The position numbers and the translations under genes are program-made. The notes beneath the pieces were generated by a model, which was not told where the DNA came from, searched no databases, and was given only the letters and a program-made list of their open reading frames with translations. A DNA stretch of 64,000 nucleotides from Psammoneis japonica (Eukaryota): the NCBI GenBank assembly GCA_008632985.1, contig QPGO01000094.1:106721-170720 (forward strand), given 5' to 3'. Shown piece by piece: positions 51,677 to 62,400 of the stretch; position 1 is the first letter of the stretch; each line of letters opens with the position of its first letter.

Positions 51677-54600
51677 TGACAGACATCCGAGACGGGGAGT
51701 ACACTCCCTTGTGTCGGACAGACTAGCATAGACAGCATGGAGAGATCCGATGATCTCTCCTTTGCTCACTTTCTTTCTCATCTAGCAGTACACGATTATC
51801 ATCTGTCCTAGATATCCGTTAGATTGTCCCGATGCCGCTAGTCCATGAGGTTATGAGCAGCAGTGCGCTGTTCCTCTTCCTCTGTGCTCATCTGCTGCAA
51901 CGCCTGTTGTGCGATTTGGCAACCTTTTCTTCGTTGAAATTGTCATCATTGTCACAGCTGTTTTTTCACCTCTCGATTTGTGATCAAACGACCACCGTAG
52001 AACACATGCCAGAGCTCTACATAGAAATTTGATTTTTTTCCCGCGCAACCATGGCGCCAACTGAGCAAACTTCCGTCGATTTGACCAAGATCAAGTCGAC
52101 ACAAGTCGAGTTCAAACAGCAAAATCGCTTGCCAGATGCCCGTCATTGCCTGAACGTCCTTCATTCCGACGAGACACCTGCTCCCAAAGAACTTCTGGAT
52201 AGATTTGCTCCTCAAGGCCTCAAGAGCAATGCCATCGCTGTTCTCTGTCATGAGATTGTTCATGACCTCATCATCCCCAAGGCTGCGTTGACCAAAGATC
52301 TCACACGGATTGGACCGCTTGTGGTCAAAGCTCCTCTCTTTGTGGCTGCTCCTGAAGCTCCTCCGGTTCGTCCCAACCTTGGCAATCTTCAGAAGGCCAT
52401 GATTGGGGTGATCTCAGATGGTCAAGATGCCATGACGGTCCATGTTGAGACTGTCAGTCTCTTCTTTTGCCCTGGTCTCGAGAGTTGTCTGTGTTGGGAT
52501 GATGTCTCTGCTGCTCCACACCCACCGTCAGCGACTCCTCCAAGATCTACATCTCAGTCGACCACTGCTGCAGGTCCAACTCCTGAAGATTTTGCCAAGG
52601 CCTCAGCCACTCATTTGCCTGGTCCAAAACAGTTTGAGCAAGCCATGACAAACGCACCGAAGAGCTCTGCTCCCAAGGTGTCGTCTCCTGCACCGTCTGC
52701 CATGACTGCCACTGGCGCGGCTTCTTCATCAACTGCTGCCAGCGTCACACACACCTTTAATCTAAAAGGACTTCCAAAGGATGTGCTGGCCCGCTGTCAG
52801 CGCAAGGAAGCCGGCAAAGCAGCACTTGGCAAATCTCTGGCACACCCCACAAGTCTGGAAACCTTTGTTGCGAGGATGGTGCTGAGCATCTCATCCTTGC
52901 TGATGGTTCACTCTTTGTTCATCATGCTGACTGGGACGCGAAGTCATTCCTCTGTGATCCTCTCACTTGTGATGACATCTCTCCTCAAGGAATCCGTGCA
53001 TGGCACATCACTGCAACCCAACAAGCCTCGGCTTGTGGTGTGTGCATGCATCCTCTGTGGTGTTTTATCAAGGATGGTGGAAATTGGGGTTTTGCCTGTG
53101 GAAATGATCCAACAGATGATCTGCCTCTCTGGATGACAGCAGCACTTGACCGCATGAAACTGACTGTCTTCCAGCACATTCAGAAAGTTGGAATTTTTCC
53201 GGCAGACTCCAAGCACCCTGACGTCGTTCGTCAATGCTGTGGTGATGGACATGCGGCTGTCAAGATGATTCTCTTTGACATCCTGCCGATTTGGACGAAG
53301 CACCCGCATGAGTTGATCAAGAGTCACCCGCACAAAAACAATCTTGCGGTCCTTGGCTGTCATGCTCCATTCAGAGACTGCCTCCAGCTGCGGGCTGTCA
53401 TCTCCAACGTTGATGCCTCTCTTGATGACCCTGGTGAGCTTGATGTTTTTCTCAGCAACACCCGCTGTGGCGAGTGCCTTCACCGTAAAACAGCGGATGC
53501 CCAGGAAGACAAGACCAAACAACACAAGTTCACCCAGAAGAAGATTGTTGAAACTGTTGGTGCGATTCTCAAGGAACTGGATGGCCCAGCTCTGCGTGTC
53601 AAGGAACCTCCCAAATGCCCTCCACATCGTCTTCACACATCGCCTCCTCCTCCTCTCGCTGCTCCTGTCCGCGGTCTTGACTCACTTCCCCAAGATGAAG
53701 TTTCCACTCCGCCTCCAGCGATTGAAGAGCCACCCAAGGTGCCTGACTCTCCTCCTGCGGAAGAGCCTGCGGAAACTGTGGAGCATTTTGTGAATGAATT
53801 TGCTGCTGTGGATGTTCCTGTAGATGATGATGCACAAGCCCTCCATGGTGTCTGCAAGGCCTGCATCTGTCGGATCAAGTCCTCGCCTGCCATTGCACAG
53901 AACTGTCCATGTGTTGTTTGTGGTGACAACCACTTGTTCCATGAGTGTCCTGTGTTGAACAATGCTGAGTGCCTGCACACCCATCTCATTTGGTTCTCCC
54001 AGTTTCTTCAACGTGACCAGCGTGCTTGTGATGCACTTGCGTCTGGCACGGCCAAGAAGGATTTTTCCCAGGGCCATTGTTGTGTTCGGACAAACAATGC
54101 CGCCCATTCTCCTCCAATCCGAAAACTCCTGCAAGCGGGGCAACTGTGAAAGAGGGTCCAAACGACTCGTTGCCTTCCGCTGATCCTCCTCTTTCACCTG
54201 TCTCATTTGCTGCCCTTCTTTCGAGCCCGACGAAGGCTGGTGCTCCTGATCCCAAGATGATTCCTGATGACGACCCTGGCAATCATGATCAGGGGAGGGA
54301 ATTCGATCCTCCCACATTGGATGCTGATGCTCCATTGTCCACTGATCAAGACCAAGCATTTGAGCATCTTGATGTGACTGACACCCAGCATTTGTTGCCT
54401 CTCAGTGCCGTGCGCATCTCCCCGATTTTTCTCCCCCGGAGTCACCTGCGACCTTTGCATCCTTGGCTGCCCCAGTCATTCCCATCAATCATGTGCTTCG
54501 TGATTCAACGACACATCGTGCACAGATTGATGCTGGTGCTTGGGCATCCTGTGCAGGGGACAAGAACCTCCTCCACGCCTGTGCTCCTTTTGGACTGGAC

Positions 54601-57600
54601 AACCCATGCCCTTTGAAGATGCTTCCGGCTGCTGAAGGCTCTGATGCGGCTCCTCATGGCTTTGGTTGCCTGCAGGTGCCTGCAGACAATCCTGAAGGCT
54701 TTCTTCTCGTGCGCACTTTTTATCATCCCAGTCTGCGTTCCACTTTGATTGATGAACGTGATTTTGCACGGGCTTCTGGTTTCAAATCTCAGTCCATTCG
54801 CTCCGAGCTCCTTGAGAAAACATGCGCCGACGGCACTTGCACTTGCGCTGCTTCCACTGATGCACAAGCGGCAGTTGTCCATGGTGTCCTTCGACATGGC
54901 AAGGTGTTCACACAACCCCTGGTTCCTCCGTCTCCGTCTGGCACCCCTTCGACATCAACGACCCCCAACTTGTCCTTGGTTGATGACATTGATGATGCAT
55001 GTCAACGTGCAGTCTTTTTTGTCAATGTCCAACAAGGTCCATCTGATCCCTTGCTGATGGATGCTGAGCTGTTTTTGATGCAGTGTGACTCGGCTCCGTT
55101 GTCCACCCCTGCTCATGTCCGCTCTCTCAAGGTTGAGACTGAACGTCTTCTGTGGCATCAATGCCTTGGACACCCCAGTGATCACTGCTTGTACAATGCT
55201 CACAAGTGCATTGAGGGCGTCCCCAAGTTCCGTCATGCCAATCCTGTCCTTGACACATGCCCTGCATGCATCCAAGCCAAGCAAGTCAAGACTCCTGCTG
55301 GACCGAACACGACTCGGAAGGCGACCCAACCATGCCAAGGTCTCACTGTTGACTTTGCTTTTGCTGGTCAGACTTCCAAGAATGAAGCCCGCAAGGTTGA
55401 TTGTCTTGGACACAATGGTGAAACATGTTGGATTGCTGTTTATGATCATCACACGTGGATGCTCCATGGAGCAGCGAGGGTTTCAAAGGCCAGTCCTCTC
55501 AAGTGGCTTCGCCGATTCTTGGATCGACATTCACCAAATTGTCGTGATGAACATGTGTTTGTGGACCAAGGTGGGGAATTGCACAAAAACCCCAAAGTTC
55601 GTGACCTCTTTGAACGAGAATTCCAGTGTGACATCTGTCCTTCTGGCGCTGGTGCATCCAACCAATGTGGGCCTGTTGAACGCTCACATTTTGCTGTTGA
55701 AAACGCGATTCGTGCGATTTTAATTGGTGCCAACCTTCCGATCCGATTCTGGCCCCATGCATTTTACCACTGCCTCCGCATCAAGAATGCCACTCCTGCA
55801 AAAGATCAAGATGTGGCACCCATCACTCTTGCTGCTGGAAAGGTCAAAGATTTCACCACTCTGAAGACTTTCGGATGTCGAGCATGGTCCAAACGGTCCA
55901 CTGCTTGTTCTGCTGCCTTCCGGACCAATTCCAAGAAGAGTGTCTTCCTTGGTTGCCTTCCCAACACCCTCAAGAATGTCATGTGGTGGGATCTGAGACT
56001 GATGAAGTCAAGACAGCCAAGCATGTGTGCTGCGATGAAGGCACGAATGACCCATTTTTGGATCAACTCCCTCCCAATGCTGTCCATTTACAGCGTGTGG
56101 AAAATGGTCAGCCTTTTCCAGCTGAAACACAGGACACCACCATTCCTGTGTTCACGTCTTCGTCGAATCCGTTTGCTGCGACTGTTGCATGCACCATGAA
56201 ACGTCCTCCAAAGGACCCCACTTGTGGTTTTGGATTTTCTCAGTGTGCGCCAATGGACCGTGTCCATGTGTTGGAAATCAAGCAGTGCAGTCCTGCGGCT
56301 TCATTGTTTTCTTCCCTCCGTGCTGCTTGCAACAAGATCATGGGTGCATGCGTTGTCTCTGTCAACAAGCGTGAAGTCTTTACTCCTTCGGATGCTGAAG
56401 AGGCCTTGTCTCAGGTCTTCCAAGATAAAATTCCGACTTTCGAGATCACTTTTGCGCCGGAACGACGACTGGATTCTCGCACCCTTAACAAGGCATTTGA
56501 GGAAGCAGAGTCATTTGAACCTGACACTGTGGAGGACGACTCTCATGTTCCTGAACTTACTTTGGAAGATGTGCGATCTATTGTGGCTCTTCTCTGTCCC
56601 GATGATGATTTTTTGGATGAGGCCATTCCTGCGGATGTCTTTTGTGCACATCTCAATGCGATTAGCTCCTGCTCCCTCACTCCGGAGGAAGCTGCTCTTG
56701 ACCGTCTCACCCGTGCCAAGCTTCGTAAACTTGACACATGGCCTGAATGGGAAGAAGGCGAGCAGCGTCAACTGGACCAATTTCATGCCCTGGGTGTGTG
56801 TGGTCCTCCGCAACCACATCCCCCTGGCGCGAACGTCATGCGTCCGCATTGGGATCACATGGCAAAGCCGGATGGGCAACGTTGTTCCCGACAATGTGGT
56901 GATGGTTCCAAGTTGGCAATGCCGGCCTTGCACAAGTTGACGTCCACCCATTTGTCGTGTGTGGAACGTTCCATCGAACAGATGTTTTTTGCTCTCAGTG
57001 CAGCTGTGTCGCATCGTGTCTTCGGCGGCGATGCACGGGATGCCTGCGCTCATTCTCCTGGCCCATCCCAACCGGTTTTTGTTGCTGTTGATGATGCATG
57101 TGCTGTCTGGCATGAAAAGAGATTTGGCAAGAAAGCACCCCGCCCTTGTGTTCTTCTGCTCAAGCATGCTTTTCAAGGCCATCCTGAAGCTGGTGTCCTC
57201 TGGGAGAGGCACATCAACTCGATTCTCATGGGTGCGAAACTTCTTTTCCGTAACACCACTCATGACAAGTGCATCTGTTCCGGTGAGTGTGATGGTGTCA
57301 AGGTCCTCCTCCTTCGTCAGGTTGATGATTTTGCTCTTGCTTGTCCATCTGAAAAGATTGCGAAAGAGATCTACGACCATGTTGGCAGGGCTCTCCAGAT
57401 GGAGAATGAGGGTGCTCCTCCCTTCAAGTGTTTGGGCTTGGTCACTGAATTCAACGGCATTGATGTCTTTCAAAATGACGACTCAATCACTGTCAACGTT
57501 GCCAGCTGCCTTGACCGTGTTTTCAAGACCCATGGTTGGGATGCTCCCGCTGCACATGAGTCTGATTCTGATTTCAAGGCTGCACCTGTTCCGGTTGATT

Positions 57601-58677
57601 GCACTCCTGATCTGTGCACTGCTGAAGGTCCTGAAGAGGGTGCACCCGAGTGTGACACTCTTGCTGAGTCCCAAGGATTCTCGCGCCATTCTGTCTTGGG
57701 TGAATTGGTCTTTGCCTGCTCCTGTTGTCGTTTGGACATTGGCCATCCCATTGTCACCTTGTCCAAGTTTTCCAAGGCACCAGCTGAGCTCCATTGTGAA
57801 TCACTCAAGCGTGGCCAAGCATTTGCGGCGCACCAAACATTGGGGGCTAACCCACAAGAAGTCTAAACGCGATCCCGGCCTGCCTCCTCACGATTTTGAA
57901 TGGCTTGAGGATGACCCATCTCTCCCGGATTTTCCTTGTGCTGTTGACCTTTTCCAACTTCTTGGCTTCATTGATGCGGCACATGGCGGTGAACCATGGC
58001 GTCGCCGTTCTGCTGCTGGGCACGCGCATGTCCTTGCTGGTGCTGCGATTGACTGTCGATGCTGCACGCAAACGATTGCCGCCACTGGTTCCATGGAAGC
58101 TGAGTTCCTCGCGGCTGTTGCTGGTGCAAAACAGACCCTGCACCTCCGCATGGTTCTGGAAGAATCGGGCTTTCCCCAGCGTGATCCTGCTCCCTTGCAC
58201 ATTGATGACTCCTCTGCCATCCAGATGATCAACAACAAGGTGCCTACGGAGTGATCCCGTCACATTGACATTCAACATTTTGCTGTCCAAGACTGGCATG
58301 ATGCAGGCAAGATTGTCACTCGACATGTCCCGGGTGTCATCAACCCTGCTGATGCACTGACCAAGGCCGTGGGTTGGACACTCCATTCCCGCCATGCCCG
58401 CCGCTTGATGGGACACTGCCGTTGATTGTCATCGGGTTTTGTTGTGGATTGAGTCTTGGGTGTGTCTCTGTTTTATTTGTTTCTTTGTTCTGCTGTTCTG
58501 GTCCTCTCTTTTTATTCGGATCGTCTCTTTCTTTCTTGTTGAGCATTGCATTGCTCATCAGGGGAGGGTGACAGACATCCGAGACGGGGAGTACACTCCC
58601 TTGTGTCGGACAGACTAGCATAGACAGCATGGAGAGATCCGATGATCTCTCCTTTGCTCACTTTCTTTCTCATCTAG
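51677..58677 (+). mobile_element. Ty1/copia LTR retrotransposon, internally complete but inactivated
   Basis: Identical 109-bp direct repeats starting TG; PPT aggggaggg before 58569; PBS-like GGTTATGAGC at 51849; domain order gag-PR-IN-RT-RH. Confidence 0.96.
52051..58425 (+). pseudogene. Copia gag-pol with frameshifts, a stop and pervasive Tyr to Cys/His changes
   Basis: Knuckle CVVCGDNHLFHEC; protease AQIDAGA; LWHQCLGH; integrase VDF...VDQGGEL...GPVER; RT QGHPEAG and RQVDDF; RNase H FIDAAHG, EAEF, HIDI and NPADALTK. Confidence 0.93.
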
Positions 58678-58986
58678 TAGGCAACGGCACAAGACCGCCA
58701 CGTGGACCACCGCCGCCTCCGCCCAGAAGCGACAAGACTACCACTAGCTAGAGCGGGTCCACCACCCAAATATGACAGGGCAAGAAATTTGACGACTTGC
58801 ATTTCCACCAAGCCTTACAATCCCAATGACTATATCATTGAAACGAGAAAGCGTTGGGTCAATCCTCGGTTCTTGACGCAACAATGAGGGGTGGGGTTCG
58901 TATTTAGAAGCTAGAAACTTCTTCTCTCTAGCCAGCTAGCTAGCGAACTAAGTAGCTGTCTTGTTGTTGCTGTAGCTCCTCTTTGG

Positions 58987-59429
58987 ATGTTGCTGCGATG
59001 TCCTCGAGCCATTCGGAATCGAGACCGTGTGAAAATTGCGCCACTCGCGACGCAAACCGTTGGTGTGGCTTTATTCTTTCCGCCATACTTTTACGTCTAT
59101 GAGGCTTTTGAATCATTGATGGCGCTGAGGGGTAAGGTCACGGCCTTTGAAAGTGTAACCGAGAAGAATCTGTTACGAAATTGTGCACTAACGTCATTTT
59201 GTTTTTCTTTCGTCACGACTTGGAAAAAAATTTATGAACAGTTCCTGTAATGGCGAACGCTTATTTGAATTTGAAGGAGCAGATTGCGTCGGTGCTTTTG
59301 ATGCAGTACTATATCTGGCCCCTGGCAAACTGGATAAATTTCACCTATGTGCCGGAAAATCTTCGTGTTCTGGTCAGCAACGTTGTCGCCGTTTTCTGGA
59401 ATGCACTGTTGTGTACCCTGGTTGCCTGA
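58987..59429 (+). other. Second junction copy of the truncated/fused Mpv17 ORF
   Basis: Same sequence as 36114-36556. Confidence 0.55.
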
Positions 59430-62400
59430 TTCTTGCAAAGCCTCCAACAAGCTAGCATGTGTTCTGGTTTGTTTATGCCGTAGCTTCTTTGCACGACTTG
59501 GTACACTGGTCTCTCAAATCTTCATCTTGACTGCCTCTCAATACCAGAGATGAGCTACTGCACCTCAAATAGACCTACGCTACGTCTCATTTCGGCGTTT
59601 AAGTTTGCTACCAACAATACAGAAAGAGGGGGGTGTATTCAAGCCACTGAGATAGCCGTCGCCGATCCTTGCATTCTTGTTCATCTTGAAAGTAGAAAAG
59701 AGGCGTTCAATCTTTTGGAGGGCGCTGGTTTTTCCAAGTCGAATCCGTACTTTAGTACAACAGGGCAAAGTACACGTGCTCTGTACCATGAGTGCTGGCA
59801 AATGGCTCGCTCTGCTCAAACAAGTGGTGGGGTCGACTCTCTATGAAGCGGCTCTAACAGGAAAATCTCGATCGAGTCACCTCTTTGCCACTAGACCGCC
59901 TCGTGACGGAACCGTCAACCTTCCCGACGGTCCCGATGTTATGTCTCTTCTCGAACATGTATTCGTTACGTCCCTTAAGTCTTCTCGGCTATGCGTCATG
60001 TCTTTGCCAAGAGACTCTTGGCTCGCAGTGTCGGTGTCGTTTACACTTGAGCACTCGGTGCAAAATGGATGCCATTACCTTGGAGGGTGACTTGTGCGGC
60101 CTTAAGGGAGCCTTGACGGGCGGCTGTGCCGCTTTCGCGCACACGGGCCAATGCGTCCCTCTAGAGTAGCAAACGGAAAGGGAGTGCCAGGCCGCCAAGA
60201 ACAGGGCGCAAGAGATTGATCATACCCCCACCAATCTCATGAGCGAGTTGCAGCGGTTAGAAGCCAGACAAGCCGATCTCAACCACATTCTGACCGATTT
60301 GGAACGCAAGGCTGAAACGCTGCAGCACGACATTACCTCGCGCATCACTCTAGCCGACAAGCTTTGAAAAATGGATTTCCTGGCGTTGGAACGTGACATG
60401 GACAGTTTGGCCAAGCACGTGGAATGGTTGCAAGAAAAAAAAATGAAAACCGAATGACCGCCACCTTGTCGGATGAGGAGCGTGCGACGCTCCAAGAGCT
60501 CAAGCCTTCGCAGCAGGAGCTTTCCAAGAAGCTCTAACGTCAGGGGAGCGTTGTCGATCATCTCGGGCGTTGCTTGTTGAACCGTTGATTGTAAAAAAGT
60601 AGGCCTACGGAATGGTAGTTAACAAGGGAATTCAGGGTAGAACACGTAGTAGACGGCGGCTTGCAGAGGAGCCGCAAAATTTGCAAAATTGAACTAAGAT
60701 GACAGATTCAAAGATGGCAAATTTTGACAATACGTAGCTAAGTAATTTAGAAACACACAGGTCGTACCAAATACCCACCTTTGTTGTTCCCCGTCTTGCT
60801 AAAAGGTACCTAAACCGCATACAACGATGTTTCGTTGACCGCGCTGTCAACAACCTCAGGCACAGACGCACTCTCATCCTGATTACGGTTGGAGTCTTCA
60901 GCAGTCACTGCCTTATTGTCTTCTCCATGAAGCCGCTTCCATACACGAGCAAAGAAAGCCTTTTGAGATCCTGTCTTCAATCGATTGGTTTGCTCCTTCC
61001 TTAGTTTTTTGAGCTCAGCAAGGTTTGTTTTTAACGCCGGTGGCGCAAATTCGCAACTCATGACATGTGTGTGGACGCTTACAAAGTTGGATTCAACAGC
61101 ATTTACAGATGACCAAAAGAACTTGCGACTCTCAACTTGCCCAGCACAGTGTTTGCACTCGACTCCAATACATCCGACATCCTTGAGACGTCTTTTGTTC
61201 CTATCGGCTTCAGTGAATCGACACGGCTGAAGCTGCTCCATCACGACGTACAAGAAATCCGCAATGCAGTTTCGATCTTCAGGAAGAACAATTGGCTGAC
61301 TTACGGAGGTGACGTCGGAAGCTACCTGGGCAAGAATATCTAGTGACACTGCCGGAGCTGTTGGGGTGGACGGATCGCGTGAAAATCGGATGCCTTTGTC
61401 GGTATCCACCAATCCTATCTTTTTTGCGGAAGTAATCCAGTACTGTCTAGTTGCGAGTCCTTTCGATCCCTTGGTACTGGCGCTTTGCAAAGAAAGGAAA
61501 CGCTGACGGATGTCCTGGGGCACCATCTTGCATTCACCTAGATGAAACCTTTGAATGTCGGCCACGGACTGGTAAATCCGAGAAATAGAAAATGGGAAGC
61601 ACACTGCTCTATTCGATCTTTCCTTAGCAGGAAGCGAGTGGCAGTGAATGCATCCGATACCGACTTGTCCCAATACAACAGAAAAGGTTGTGGGAGTCCT
61701 TACAGCAATATCCTCCTCGGTCGCACTAAAGGCGCAGACATTCTCGCGTAGAAAACAACGAAGCGGACTCAACGCCATCTTGTCTTCTGAAAGAGATAGC
61801 TTGATTTTGCCAGTGAAATCCGTCGTTGTGCTGCCTTCGTCCTGCGCGGATGGGGCGTAAGAAGACGAATCGCTTGATAGCGCTGACAATATAGAGTGAA
61901 GCGCTTGAGGAGACATGTCCATCGCGTTACCCTCCGAAGACTTCTCCTTCTCTTCCTTGGACGCCGTATCGTCATTCCCACGGACCATCTTCTGAGGAGA
62001 CGACGACGAGCCATCAGAGGAAGATGAAGGGGATATCTTGCTCGTAGAATTCGCTAGTGGTCGGGCTACCGTGGGTTCTTCGCCCGCCTTGAAACGGACG
62101 CCAGATGGCCCATCAATCATTCCCATTTTGGTTGCAGACTTGACAAAGTATTGCATCGTTGTGCCAGTGCTTCTTGTCTTTACTGCCTTCAGCTCCTCCA
62201 GATGCTCCTTTAGTGACGAAGGAACAAACCGACAATGTTGAAAATGATCAAGTTTCATGTCAATCACCGTTCGATAGATGCGCTTGATTGATGAAGGATA
62301 GCATACTGCTCGCTTGACACGGTCGCTGGTCCTCTCAGTATGACGACAATGGATACACCGAAGGCCAACCTGACCTACAACAACAGGATGCTTGCGCCCA

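Larger units (their letters stand above)
36180..59052 (+). repeat. Tandem segmental repeat, unit 2 (22,873 bp including 6,892 bp of extra copia sequence)
   Basis: Colinear and nearly identical to unit 1 apart from the copia interior and one additional LTR. Confidence 0.97.

Noticed and set aside
57310..57335. QVDD instead of YVDD as a product of the mutator
   Set aside because: CAG is not a single TpA transition from TAY; it is more likely a native lineage variant.
52051..58425. Explaining the TG/CA excess by CpG methylation or classical RIP alone
   Set aside because: CpG persists in the copia interior while TpA is gone, and RIP would increase TpA.
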